Shown piece after piece: positions 47,761 to 60,556 of a stretch of 64,000 bases of DNA. Origin of the DNA: Hormiphora californensis (taxonomy: Eukaryota > Animalia > Ctenophora). The stretch spans positions 4,216,001 through 4,280,000 of the forward strand of contig CM035351.1 of assembly GCA_020137815.1 (NCBI GenBank), written 5' to 3'. The position numbers were made by a program, and so were the translations under genes. Under the pieces are notes generated by a model. The model searched no databases and was not told where the DNA came from. It worked only from the letters and a program-made list of their open reading frames with translations. Within the stretch, counting starts at the first letter, position 1. Each line of letters opens with the position of its first letter.

Positions 47761-50334
47761 TGATACTCCTATAGTTGGTCTGATCTTCGATACCCCGATA
47801 ATCACTAATTCCCGTGTCTCATTCTCATATTTAATCTTCAAGCCACCACTGCTTGACCGTCTAGAGAAATGGGAAAATGGTTATGCAGAAAACGAGGTCA
47901 CGGAGCACCAAGTCTGACAATTATCCTTTTTAGGATCCCCCTTTGCTTTCAATATTTCATGATTGCTATGTTCCGTGGAACGTGCAATAACTTGATGTGT
48001 CTTCTTTCAGTCAGGCGAAGAGAGGGAGTATCATTGCTAAGAAACTTGTTGAATATGCGAGCAATATTAAAGGCACCATTCGTTACACCAGTGTACCAAG
48101 GTTCCACTTACCACGACCTTCTGAGTGCGGGAATATCAAAAAAGATCTACAAGGTAACAAAAAAGATGTGGGATCAATAAATTTGGTGAAGTCCAGAGTC
48201 GTTGAACTTGACATGAGAAAAATTATAACGTGTTAATTGTTTCAGATTTACATCAAATAAAATCGTATACATCATGGGGACTGATTATGTTTTGTACTGT
48301 CACTATGGCAATAGGTAAGTTATCATTTTAGTTTAGCAGTACTATACAATTGTACTGTAGTTTTATCTAGTTGCCGAATATATCGATAGGTACTACATCA
48401 CTCTCCGCAGTGATGCAGAATTATGTCGTGTATATGTATTACAACTTGTACAGCTGCACTTCGTGTCAGTATTTACCAGCTACCAACATATTCATATTTA
48501 TATTTATAATTTATCGACATTTTGTCAGATGTCACTGTTAATTAGATAAGTTCCAACACTGGAACACTTAATATATCCCAATTTCTGGGCCAACTGGAAC
48601 CCTAATCTAACTATCTCTCTCATTCAGGTCTGATAGCGATGACATTGTACGATAAGATAGGATTTGTAATGTACGTGATATGGGGAGTGTGCGTATTCCT
48701 TGACATATCCGTTATCGTCGCATCACAATTTTACTGCCAGCTTCTCCTCCGAAGTAAGTCGTATGTAACTACAACATTCTTGCGACTACTAGGGTCAGCA
48801 CACACCAAAATTAAAATTTTGATTTTGACGCCGCACACACCAGCAGCCGTTAAAATTTCTCTCACCCATTCTAAAAGTAACATTTTATTAATTTTAACTT
48901 TGGTGTGTGCTGACCCCTACTGTTATATTTGTTGTTGTAGTTACTACTAGGACCTGTCTGGCGGTGTCGACCCGATCTGAGAGCACCGTTGTGAGAATCA
49001 AAACGGTGTCTGAAGCTACCAGACAGGTTCTAGTAGTAACTACAATTATAGTACAATCACGCTACTACAACTGTTAGTCAACAGTAGTGGTAACTACTGT
49101 TATCATGGTTATTATACTTTTTGTAGTAGTAGTGAGATTGTAACGAGATTGTAGCGAGATTGTAACGAGATTGCAATATATTGTTCATCAATTCATCATG
49201 TGACAATATATTGTCATATGAACAATATCATATTGCACATGCCTGTGTTGAGTTAATGAGTTGCTGTGAACAATTCAACACATGTGCAGTACCTACTGAC
49301 GTTAATCATTCTCTGCCCGACTCTCAAGCTTTGACGGGTCGATAATAATATTACGACTACTACTGTTATATTACGACTACTACTGTTATATTACGACTAC
49401 TACTGTTATACTTGTTGTTGTAATTACTACTAGGACCTGTCTGGCGGTGTCGACCCGATCTGAGCGCACTGCTGTTGTGAGAATCAAAACGGTGTCTGGA
49501 GCCGCTAGACAGGTTCTAGTAGTAACTACAATAGTACAATCACGCTACTACAACTGTTAGTCAACAGTAGTGGTAACTAAGCTGTTATCATGGTTATTAT
49601 ACTTTTTGTAGTAGTAGCGAGATTGTAGCGACCCTCTCTAGTGCAATATATTGTTCATTCATCATGTGACAATATATTGTCATATGAACAATTAATATAT
49701 GATATTGCACATGCCTGTGTTGAGTTGCTGTGAACAACTCAACACATGTGCAGTACATGTGCCTACTGACTCTGCCCGACTCTCAAGCTTTGATGGCCGA
49801 CGGGTCGATAATAATAATTAATATCCTATTATTATCTCCCAGGAATTTGCAAGAAATACCCAGAGTGTGATGTAAAGGAAGAGTGGAAGATCCTTGAAAC
49901 CGCCCACCATTAAAACTATATTTTGAATTTATTAGGATGGACCAAGGAGAGAGAGAAGTTATTTTGTACAGTCGTTAATTTATAACTGTTCGTGTAGATA
50001 TACACTTGCAGTGAACGGGAAACGCTCATAATTATACTTTGTTAAAATTGCGATTTGCCCAGACAGTACTTTTACGAAAATAGCCCACCCTGACCAACTT
50101 TGTGTAACGCGCGGAGACAGAGAATTGAAACGAACGCGCAAAAATGTGGTTCAGGCGCGCGCACCGTGGGAACAAATCGTGGAGGACTGAGGTGATCGTG
50201 ATTCTCGAAGATGGGGTCGGCGGCGCCAGGCAGACTTTTACAAGAAAATAGGGCTTCTTTAAATGGCGTAATAAGTTAAAGAACAACACAATAAAACCCA
50301 AACAAAAACCCTTATCCATCTCTCGCTCCATATC

Positions 50335-52100
50335 TCAACTACCCACGACCTCTTTATTATTATCGACAACCTCATTGTCCACAACCTCTAACTCTGTATG
50401 AGTCTCATATCCCTCTGGAAGTTCATCCTCCCTCCTCAGATCGACCTCCCCATCATCTTGAATAATCAGATAAATCACGTTCTGAGCCCTCTCCCTGGCA
50501 TCACTATCTTCCTCCCATTGATCGTAACACTTCAACAACTGGTAGTATCCCTCATCCCTGTACACTTGGCGTACCTTGTAGCTTCCACCCATCTAGAGGG
50601 GGAGAGGGAGGCGGTTAGAAATGGTGAGGGCTGTTTAGAGAAATAGGGCTGATTGATATCTAATACACTGAAGAACTGAGGTGAGGCAGCTGGGTTTTAC
50701 CGAATATAACTAAAGACGCTAAACTTTTAGAATTGATCATAAGTTTAACCTGGAATAGTGTGTCTGATAGGAGTTTCCGTGTCTGAAGGTCCCCCTCTCT
50801 AATTTTATCATCTCCAAGATACTGCAGATCTACTGGCAGCTTATCCATTTCCTCCTCTTCTATCTCTTCGGGTCCTACAAGCGGGTAAATAATCTGAAAA
50901 CAGGGGAGGGGGGTTACATGCGGATAACTTGGCACCTGGCGACTCTCTCTGTTCGTGGACGAAAATCCTGAACCCTAGACTCAGCCAAGCTATCACTGAA
51001 GTATTGAAATAGCTGTCTCCTACCATAGGGAGATGATCCAGTAGTTGGTTGTGGTTCTTTGCATCTAGGGAGAGGTTCCTCAGTAGGCGAGCTGTATTCC
51101 GTCTCACAATTAGGTTTCCACGCATTGTCAGCAGGGGTAGAATCGTCTCAAGTTGGCCAACCAGTAACACCCTCCCCTCTTCAGATAGCTGTGGATAAGG
51201 GTAGTTCTATTAGATCAGAAACACACATAATTTGAGGATTTCTACATGATCAAGAACATGATTGAACAGTATGTTAGAATGGTACATGGTATAAAACTTT
51301 GATTCTCCAGCTACGACTCACAGCAAGGTTCCCCAGTACAGCAGTGAGGTAACCCTGTTCTTGTTTAGTCGCTATCAACTTCAGGACTAGCTCCACATCT
51401 CCTGGTGTTAACAGTCTACTAATATTGGCAGAGTTACTTCTTGATGTGTTGGTCAGGATCATTCCTACGCTGTTGTAGAGATGGACGTGACTTCCCCTTA
51501 ACGCCCCTATCAACTGGAGAAGAGAATCGGGTTTAAAAGTAGGATTCAGGAATTTAGTTTGTGATAATTTGAGTCGCCTGACACTGTGTCCGCGCTATGA
51601 TCAATTCAAGTGAGAATAAAGATCTGAAGAATAAACACCGTTAGTGTAACTTGTATTTACCAAGGCTGTGTTGACAGATATTTTGTCTGAATGAGATGTA
51701 AGGTTAACCATTATCTGTGCAGCAGTTACTGATAATTTGGTGTTAGTAAACTCCTTGAAGCATGACCAGACAGCGTCTATTGTCGGCTTACTTCCCAACA
51801 CAGCTTCCAATGTTGGGGATGCATCTCCTGTGACACCTATTATAGAGCACGAAGATGATAGTGGTTAGTGACATTTATAGAACACGCAGAGGTTAGGAGT
51901 TACACCTAGATAGAACACGGAGAAGTTAGTGACACCTAGAACGAAGGAATGGGGAGGGGAACCTGTCTAAAAGGAACGGTTGCTCACTAAGAATTGTAAT
52001 TTGTACCTAAAAGTAGCTCCGCCGCACCGAGACGGACCTTGTCGGGTTGAGAGGCACACAGCAAATCAGGAATCTCTTCCATACTGCTAGATGTGGACAT
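50335..52100 (-). CDS. HGH1: HGH1 (FAM203) homologue, multi-exon
   Basis: PLVGPEEIEEEEMDKLPVDLQYLGDDKIRE, VRRNTARLLRNLSLD, ILTNTSR; N-terminus MSTSSSMEEIPDLL. Confidence 0.88.
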
Positions 52101-52489
52101 TATTAGTCGTCGTACAGGCAGTGAAGAACGTGACAGATTGGTAAAAAACAGCGATGCAAAGAATTTATATATTCAAGATAAAAGTTAGTCTGATTAAAAT
52201 ATGGAGAGCGTCTAAACAGCTGCAGTGCCCCAATCGGGTCTGACAGTTCACATGTTTCACTCTCCACGGAATACGATCAGGTTTGTGGCGTTAAAATACC
52301 CACACTGATCCAACGGGAACACCAGCGGGAATCTCAGGCCTCAGGGCCCGCGATGTGATGTCTCTGATCGGTCCTCGGAGCCAGGCAACACTATGTCCTG
52401 CAGCAGGCTGTTTTCACATGGAGGACGCGCGCACACTTTTGGCGCGAACTTTTTAGAATGCTGACACACCAGAGGAGAGTTGTGGCGCG

Positions 52490-54776
52490 TCACGGCTTCT
52501 TTGCAACTAGCAGTTTGCTGCGATATGAGACATTCAGCATCGAGTTGACATTGTTGATGTAGGGAACATCAGGCATATCCTTCTCTTCCTCTATCTCAAA
52601 ACCAATCTTCTTAACAACACTAATCAGATCCTCCCAAGTTATCTCAATACTGTAGGGAGAGGAGTGCGTGTTATCCAACTGTAGCTATAATAACTGACAG
52701 TTATAGGTGGAGGTGGAGATGTTAAAATACTATCTGGAAAGAAGTCAGAGGGCAGAGCGAAGTTTTCAATCACTATATTTTGCAAGCAACATTACCTCCA
52801 TTCCCCAGGTATCCCTGAGTAAGTGATACAACAAGGGTCCAATAGATACCAAATGTCCTCCCTTTTTCAACATCCGATAAATCAAGCTCCAGATACTTCC
52901 ACAACATTCCGGGCTGTATCCAGGAAAAAACAGGCAGCCACTACATCGTATCCTCCCCTCCACATCTCTATATACCTCTGTAAAATCCCCGGCACACATC
53001 CCGTATTTGGCATGAGATGGAATGTCCGCAGTGTCCACATCAGGAATGAGGATCTCCACAATTCTGTCAGCGTGCCGGACGTTGTTGGTTGGGGTTGTGG
53101 CCCAGGGATAGATGGGGAGTTTTTCAGAGGGGAGATGTCTTGTTTAGCACAAAGTTGGAAGCAATTAGCATGTGGTAACTAAACTTCGTTCCCCTCAGCA
53201 TTGAACCCTGGGAGGGGAAGAAGACGTGAGATCTTAATACCACCACTTCCTGAGACCTGAAGTAAAATTATCGGCGAAGATTTACAATTTACCTCGGTGG
53301 GCGAACTCCCATGATAAACGTCCCAGTCCAACTCCAGGAACCAGAACTTCCACCCCTTTAGACTGAGGGTACCGGGCTGTCACTGCATCCAGGATGGGTG
53401 TGTAACACTTGCTCCTCTCTGGGGCACCCTCCGCAGCCCAGTCTCTAACAAACTGTCGGATCGTGGTGTAGATCTTATCGAGATCAAATTGGGTTAGACC
53501 ATTCCCACAACTTGTCTTGCTGTCATCCATTTCATCGTCTTCTGTCTATAAAAAGGGGATAGTAGTTGTCTTACATTTGTACTCGACCCTCCATCGATTA
53601 CACTCAAACGGAACGGTATTACCACTACCCCTCTCCCACTAACCCCGTTTGTCTCCTCCCCTCTCCTCCATTTCCCACTAACCCCGTTTGTCTGTTCCCC
53701 TCTCACACTAACCCCATTTGTCATCCCTCTCCCACTAACCCCATTTGTCTCCTCCCCTCCCCCACTATGCACTAACCCCGTTTGTCTCCTCCCCTCTATT
53801 CACTAACCCCGTTTGTCTCCTCCCCTCTCCCACTATCCACTAACCCCGTTTGTCTCCTCCCATCTCCCACTAACCCCATTTGTCTCCTCCCCTCTCCAAC
53901 TAACCCCGTTTGTCTCCTCCCCTCTCCCACTATCCACTAACCCCGTTTGTCTCCTCCCCTCTCCAACTATTCACTAACCCCGTTTGTCTCCTCCATTTCC
54001 CACTAACCCCGTTTGTCTCCTCTATTTCCCACTAACCCCGTTTGTCTCCTCCCCTCTCCAACTAACCCCGTTTGTCTCCTCCCCTCTCCAACTATTCACT
54101 AACCCCGTTTGTCTCCTCCCCTCTCCCACTATTCACTAACCCCATTTGTCTCCTCCACCTCTCCCACTAACCCCGTTTGTCTGTTCCCCTCTCACACTAA
54201 CCCCGTTTGTCTCTTCCACCTCTCCCACTAACCCCATTTGTCTCCTCCACCTCCTCCTCCTCCTGATCTTGTTGGAACATGTGTTCAACCCCTGCTAGCA
54301 TGTGTAGAATTACAGTGTAGTTTTTATCAATACACCGCCTCACGTCCTCCATTTGGGTCAGATAGTCGGGCAGTAGCCCCTGATGGGCCGGGGAGAGGGC
54401 TCTGTAATCTTTACATGACTTGCGAACTGACAACAATGCATGCTTCCTGCAGTAGGGAGAGAAGGCATTAAAACGAGAATAGGCTGCTAATAGAGAGGGC
54501 TTAGGGGGAGAGGAAGTGAGAGCGAGAGGGGGTAATTATATGGGAGGGAGCCCCGAGTCTCTACACAGGAATTAGGAAGGACTGCATCAGGAACCGACCG
54601 AAATAAGTAATCAACCAATCAGAACTCGTTATTTAGGTCACGTGACTGGTTATCAGCCAATAAAGGACCAGTATTTCCTGATTTGGTCGGTTACTGGCTG
54701 TCATGATGTACCTGTAAAACCTGAAGGAGCGTATACATTTCTCGATGTGTTTCCTCTCCGCCTCGTCATCAGACAT
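52490..54776 (-). CDS. CARNMT1: Carnosine N-methyltransferase (N2227-like), multi-exon, with apparent indels in one exon
   Basis: RQFVRDWAAEGAPER, VLVPGVGLGRL, MCAGDFTEVY, SIGPLLYH, SIEITWED. Confidence 0.9.
53620..54250 (-). repeat. Intronic minisatellite, ~29-36-bp unit (GAGGAGACAAAYGGGGTTAGTGG..), containing the donor GG|GTTAGT
   Basis: Roughly 20 copies extend from the end of the CARNMT1 exon reading EEETNG. Confidence 0.9.
54588..54696. mobile_element. ~110-bp MITE recalled as abundant in Pleurobrachia (CAGGAACCGACC..GGTCGGTTACTG)
   Basis: Short TIRs, central GTCACGTGAC palindrome, paired CCAAT boxes; lies in CARNMT1 intron 1. Confidence 0.8.
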
Positions 54777-55133
54777 AGTGGCACTGCTAAAACCAGTGCG
54801 GGTACTGGGTTTGGTTTGGTTTGGTAAGCTGTACCTCAAACTTTGGGTATTGGGTACTGGTTTACTCTTTAAAAAAACAACTTGTTTTTAATAATCTAAA
54901 AAATCAATGGGTATTATAACTTCTCAGCAAAACATAGAACATTTCTCAATATACAGACACAACTAGACTGTGACATAATTTCATAATAGGAACTGTAATT
55001 GGATAATCAATTGATTCTGGTATGTAGTCTTTAGTTTCTACTGGTACACTGAAAATAATATTGGCATAGCAGGGCCCATCGTGGGCCAATCAAGGAGTAT
55101 CTTATCATTACATATATCAATTTGTCCAACTAT

Positions 55134-56378
55134 TTACCACCATCTCATTACAACAGATACCAGTGCTACCATTGTAACAGCACTCCACCAAACACGGTTG
55201 CCATGGGAACTAATATACCTCGTCTCCTCGTAACTACTCCCCACAGACTCAGGATTAGTAACTCTCCCCGCGAACAGAATAGTATCACCATGTTTGATCA
55301 GGAATTGGAAGGGCTGGTTTATCATGACCCTGATGGGTTCTACTGGATCTCGAACTGAGGTGGTTTCAACTAACACGGCAGTTGCAGCTGCAGCCTCAGT
55401 CCCATTCTCATCGACCGCTATAAAGGCCTGGTGAACTATCTTAGACACAAATATCTCGTTAGTATCACTCATCCCAGTTAGGTCTGCTTTGGAGGGATCG
55501 AATAGATCGGTTACACCAAAATCGGATGCCAGAACTGACACCAGATTATCCATCTTAGCTTCATAGGAGAACTTGGGTATTGAGAGTTCCAGTTCCTTAT
55601 ACTCCGCGTCATCCAACCAGGAACTTATGACGTCATAACTGGTGTCCTCTAAAACAGCAGCCCTCTCTACCGGTTTAATGATAACCATGGTTACTGGACT
55701 GTCCATATAAGGTAACACAACCACCTCTACGTCACCGTTACTGTAGTACAGGAAGCTCTCCTGGACATGCATGGTAGGGGCCTGGACTGCGAGGGTGCCG
55801 TCCAGGTAGAATGTTTCTTGGTTTGTTCTGGTAAAGGAGTGCCCCCATTGGCCCATAAAGTATATCGTGTTGATAAGAATCACAACAGTAGCCGGGTCTA
55901 TAACACTCAGTAGATCCTTTATTTTACCATTTGTCTCACCCTCCACCCACCCATTGATAACCTCAACAGCGTTACCATCCGTGAAGTTCATGTTAACACT
56001 ACTGGCCGCAAAGTTATCCTCCAAAGTTGTTGTGTAACTCTCCTTTATCGGGAACCCATCGGCAACGTAGATCCTGTTACTGGATGTCAGATTAAACTGC
56101 TCTCCATCTTTAGATGCGATAGTTTCCAACATCGACCTGAACCCCCCCGCTACATCTCCGGACCATCCAAATGCAGAGTCCAGCTGGGAGCGGGTGTCAC
56201 CCCCTGACCCTTCTCTCACCATGGCCAGACAGGTGTTAATTGAGAAGGGTGATATTAAGGTGTTCTTGTCAGTGGGGAGAGTGGAGAGGAGGGGTAACCC
56301 GAAATAACTGGTTGATTCCTCGGCAGTTCCACTCTGCACTGCCTCAATGATGAGGAATAACAAGAGGAGAGTTTTCAT
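55134..56378 (-). CDS. Serpin, single coding exon, with signal peptide and hydrophobic C-terminal tail
   Basis: ISPFSI, INGWVEGETNGKIKDLL, INTIYFMGQW, IPKF, hinge ENGTEAAAAT, NQPFQFLI..LFAGRV.NP. Confidence 0.96.
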   Translation of the reverse strand: MKTLLLLFLIIEAVQSGTAEESTSYFGLPLLSTLPTDKNTLISPFSINTCLAMVREGSGGDTRSQLDSAFGWSGDVAGGFRSMLETIASKDGEQFNLTSSNRIYVADGFPIKESYTTTLEDNFAASSVNMNFTDGNAVEVINGWVEGETNGKIKDLLSVIDPATVVILINTIYFMGQWGHSFTRTNQETFYLDGTLAVQAPTMHVQESFLYYSNGDVEVVVLPYMDSPVTMVIIKPVERAAVLEDTSYDVISSWLDDAEYKELELSIPKFSYEAKMDNLVSVLASDFGVTDLFDPSKADLTGMSDTNEIFVSKIVHQAFIAVDENGTEAAAATAVLVETTSVRDPVEPIRVMINQPFQFLIKHGDTILFAGRVTNPESVGSSYEETRYISSHGNRVWWSAVTMVALVSVVMRWW

Positions 56379-56734
56379 TGTTCCTATAGAATAAAGGGTG
56401 GGTGTTAAGTTATCAGCCTCTATTATACTACACGTGTGTTTGAGTAATTGGAACTTGAAACTCTGCCCCGTGGGGTTCAGTATACGATGTCAGGCGGCCA
56501 GGTGTCTGTCCTGAGCGTGATAGAGGGAGAGAGAGAGAGGGAGTTTGACTAATGACCTCACAGAAATTTTCTAGGGGTTAAATATATTCTTACTGAGGTA
56601 CTATTGTGCAAGAACGTCTATTCTTGTTGAGGTGGGTTGTTTTGTTGTTCTTAATTTTTCAATATGTTTATGCTTTACGCGGGTGGTTGGTTGGGAAATA
56701 TTATTATGATCGACTGGGATAAAGCGAGAGATAC

Positions 56735-56947
<213 letters not shown>

Positions 56948-57081
56948 GAAAAGGAACAAACAATATGCTATGTTGAAAGACCCAAGATGTAGGGATCACA
57001 TGAAACCTCTACCTCTCTCCCTCTCTATCTTGATAACCTGTAATTGACCCCTCCTGTTATACACAGCGCATATAATATTGT

Positions 57082-58295
57082 ATGAAGGTTGTACTAGTCC
57101 TCATTGGTGCCCTCCTGATTGTGGAGGCCCAGGGGGAGTTTGCAGAACTTGCTAGTACCCTGAGGACGGCCTATAAGGAGTCCCCAGCCGGTGTGACCCT
57201 ATTGCATAATGTATTCAAACAGGTACAACATCTCTTTGTGTGTGTGTGTAATATGTATTCTTGACTAGTATTCCCCTGCTGTGTGTTTTGAGTTCATATT
57301 TCATGCTGCGGTGTATTGCATTGCTACCCCTGTTTCTGTGTTCCTTTTATCCTTATTTCAGACCTAAATCAGTTGCTTGCTATTGATACCACCCTTGCAT
57401 CCCATTTGACCCAGCTATTATTCCAGGTAACTGCCTACACCTGCGAGAGAAAGGAAGCTGATTGTGTAGCGTGGAGAGCGGTGATGCTATTAGAGGAGAT
57501 AGCAATGGAAGGAGAGGACTGTAGTGACCCTGATAGTACACTGTGTAGTAGTGCCAGTACACTGTTAGAGAATCAGAACGGGGAGGCCCCTGCTAGCGGG
57601 GAGATTTTGAAGAAACTCTTCACTCTAGGTATAATTGTAGAATTAAGTCCATTTAAATCAAAAATTATCTTGATGTCTGTCCCTAATAACTCACAATGTC
57701 TCCACTTCTACTTCAGGTACCAAGATGAACACAAACGATTATGATGCTCTAAACAACTATAAGGAATGCTGTAGTGAGCTATGTGTGTGGTAAAACCACC
57801 AGCTGCTCAGGACTCACTCGATTCGTGGTCCAGGAGAATCAACTTGAAAATGAGATACTGAGCAGTAAAGAAAGTGCAGCAGCGGAGGCTGCTGCTGATG
57901 TGGTAGAAAAGAACGGAGATACTGTTGTCATGGCAAAGAGCGGAGACACTGAGGAGTCTAAAGTTGTCGTGGCAACGAGTGGGAATGCTGGAGAGTCTAA
58001 AGTTGTCTTGGCAACGAATGGGAACGATGGGGAGTCTAAAGTTGTCGTGGCAAAAAGCGGAGATACTGGGGAGTCTAAAGTTGTCGTGGCAACGAGTGGA
58101 GACACTGGGGAGTCTAAAGTTGTCGTGGCAAAGAGCGGAGAGTCTAAAGTTGTCGTGGCAACGAGTGGGAATGCTGGGGAGTCTAAAATTGTCGCGGCAA
58201 AGAGTGGAAATGATGGGGAGTCCAAAGTTGTCGCGGCAAAGAGCGGGAATGCTGCTGTGGTAGAGAAGAATGGAGAAACTGTCGCAGATGAGTAA
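57082..58295 (+). CDS. Secreted Cys-containing protein with C-terminal 13-aa repeats (SGDTGESKVVVAK); 3 exons, one apparent frameshift near 57763
   Basis: Signal peptide MKVVLVLIGALLIVEA; exons 57082-57222, 57427-57628 and 57717-58295; 39-bp tandem repeat at ~57920-58250. Confidence 0.65.
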
Positions 58296-58497
58296 TATTA
58301 ATATGAAACGGCGAGTGAATTGATATAAATGAAAATTAGAATATATTTTGGGGGTTCAATTTAAAGTAGCAATACATAGTACACAAGATAAACAATAAAT
58401 AGTTCTTGTGTTCATATTAAACTCTCACAACACACCGCTGAATGACGTCACAATAGATGACGTCACACCATTCACTAACAATAACACAAGATGTAAT

Positions 58498-60200
58498 TTA
58501 GTTGAGTGTAACAACGGAATCCTTCCCATCGATTATCTTCTTCTCAGTTCCATTCTTTCGGGCGTACTCACGCCGCATTTGGGCAAATAACAAATCTACA
58601 GGGAGAGAGACATAATGGTAAGTTGATGTTGTTTCTGGAGCTTTGTTATTAGCTTGTACAATTAATACACATGTATTGAATACATGTGTGGTGAACAAAA
58701 TATGAAGTTACAAAGTAAGGGAGCTGGAGGAGTCAAGTAACTAAGTGCCTAGTAAACCATCTTTCCGAATCTATCGGAATTATAGGGGTGACCTCTTACC
58801 GGATAATAAGAAGCTCTGGAAAAGAACAAAAGCGAGGGTGATGGCAAAATAGAAGTTGCTGTTAGCATTGAGGCAGTGAACCCATAGATACCAAAGAACC
58901 GGCCATAGCAGCGTCAGCACCTGTATATTGGGGAATGGGGGTTGATAGGCACGAAGTTTGGGCGGCAAGGAAAACAGAGTACCATAGACACCAGGTAAGT
59001 GAACCTACAGCTCCACAACAACTTTAGGTCACATTCACACATACACATACCACAGTAGCGACTGCAACAATGTAGAAGTGGTTGAGGAACCGGAAGAGGT
59101 GTAGCCAGATGGGGAGCATGGCAAAGGGTACCAAGTAGTCTCCAATACAGGTGTAGGGTTTAAACATTGCCAGCAGAAGAAGGAGACAGAATGTCACCAG
59201 GGATGTTTGGCGAGGAAAGGTCAGGGAGAGGGGTAGAGCGTACAGAAACAGGTTGACCTGGGGGTATTGGTTGGGCTAGTTATTCCTCCTGTTCATTGAT
59301 TGTGAATTGTAACACATGAGACCCGTTGTAATACCCGGTACCTAATACCGGTTACACGGTACGGCGTATTAATAATCCGGTAACACACCTGGTACACGAT
59401 ACGCCGCAGGTACTAATAATCCGGTACTGGTTAAAACTAATCTGGTACCCGGTAGTTTTATACCCACCCGATACCCGGTACTTGGTTTTATACACATACC
59501 TGGTAGACAGAGAGGAAGAGGACAGTGAAGTGAGAGAACATCTCACTGAAGAAATACCACGCTGCCCCAATATTAGGGGTGTAATCAGGGACAGTTAGGA
59601 TGAACCCATACACGGCAGATAGATACTCGCAACTTCCCCCTGTTACTAGGTAGGACATGTACTGACAACCACCGAATACTACCGTGAATACTGCTATACC
59701 TGGGGAAAGAGGGGGTTAAAAAGGGAAGAGAGCTGAGAGGAGGGGGTTGAACAAGCAAGGAGCCGGGAGGGGTTGGTCAAGTCTACATAACACCGGGGGG
59801 AAAGAGAGGGAGTTGGGTCTTCGTACTTATTTCTTGAAATTATTCTTTATATTCACGCCTAATTTCAACAGCCATATATCGCACAGCTCCGGACAGAGTT
59901 TAACAAAGCCAAATTACCACCCTTCACAATTCTCTACTGTTCTCTTTCTGAACAAAATTATTCTCTTCTGTTCTTTCTAACTTTACCACTCAAGTTGCTA
60001 ACTCTACTGTAACTCTCTATCTACACTAACCTGTCAGTGCAGTACTTCTCCGGTGAACTAGTGTAGGAACTAGCAGCATCACAGGGAATAATCCAATGTA
60101 GCTTGCTAGTGCTGTTGCTATAGCTACCACTATCGTACTACCCTCTGCAATACCAAATAGAATGGCACTGTACAGCAGGTTGCTCGTACACTGTGTCGAC
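58498..60200 (-). CDS. PIGU: GPI transamidase subunit PIG-U, C-terminal ~60% only
   Basis: [62 protein letters not shown]. Confidence 0.88.
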
Positions 60201-60556
60201 TGGAGGGGGTGATGGAGGAGTTATTTTCTGGAAAATTAGTACACTTGTCACTATTTAATTTGCAGTTAATTTTCACATCAGTATGACATTACGCTGCAGA
60301 AATAAACAGTTTTCTAGTAAACTGTCGCCTTGTTTTAGCAGGATTCTGGATTAGTAAATTGCTTTGTTCTTTGTTTCATCTCTACCACTCCCTTCTTGGT
60401 GCCAGAGATCTTCCAATGATGACCGTTAGAGATTAGGGACAATCTAGGGCCAGTAGGGTCGGTGTGATAGAAACCTGATACGAATTTGCAATAGTTTGCT
60501 ATTTGTAATTTCATCTCTCCTCCTCTTGCTGCAGTTTTATTGAACGTTGCTGAACC

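Larger units (their letters stand above)
42855..49318 (+). repeat. Tandem segmental duplication (copy 1 ~42855-44889; copy 2 ~44900-49318) of spliced exons of a membrane protein
   Basis: Duplicate ORFs (44211 vs 48639; 43585 vs 47997); exons join as ..KKDLQ-DLHQIKSYTSWGLIMFCTVTMAI-GLIAMTLYDKIGFVMYVIWGV..; a further partial repeat lies at ~49400-49812. Confidence 0.85.
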
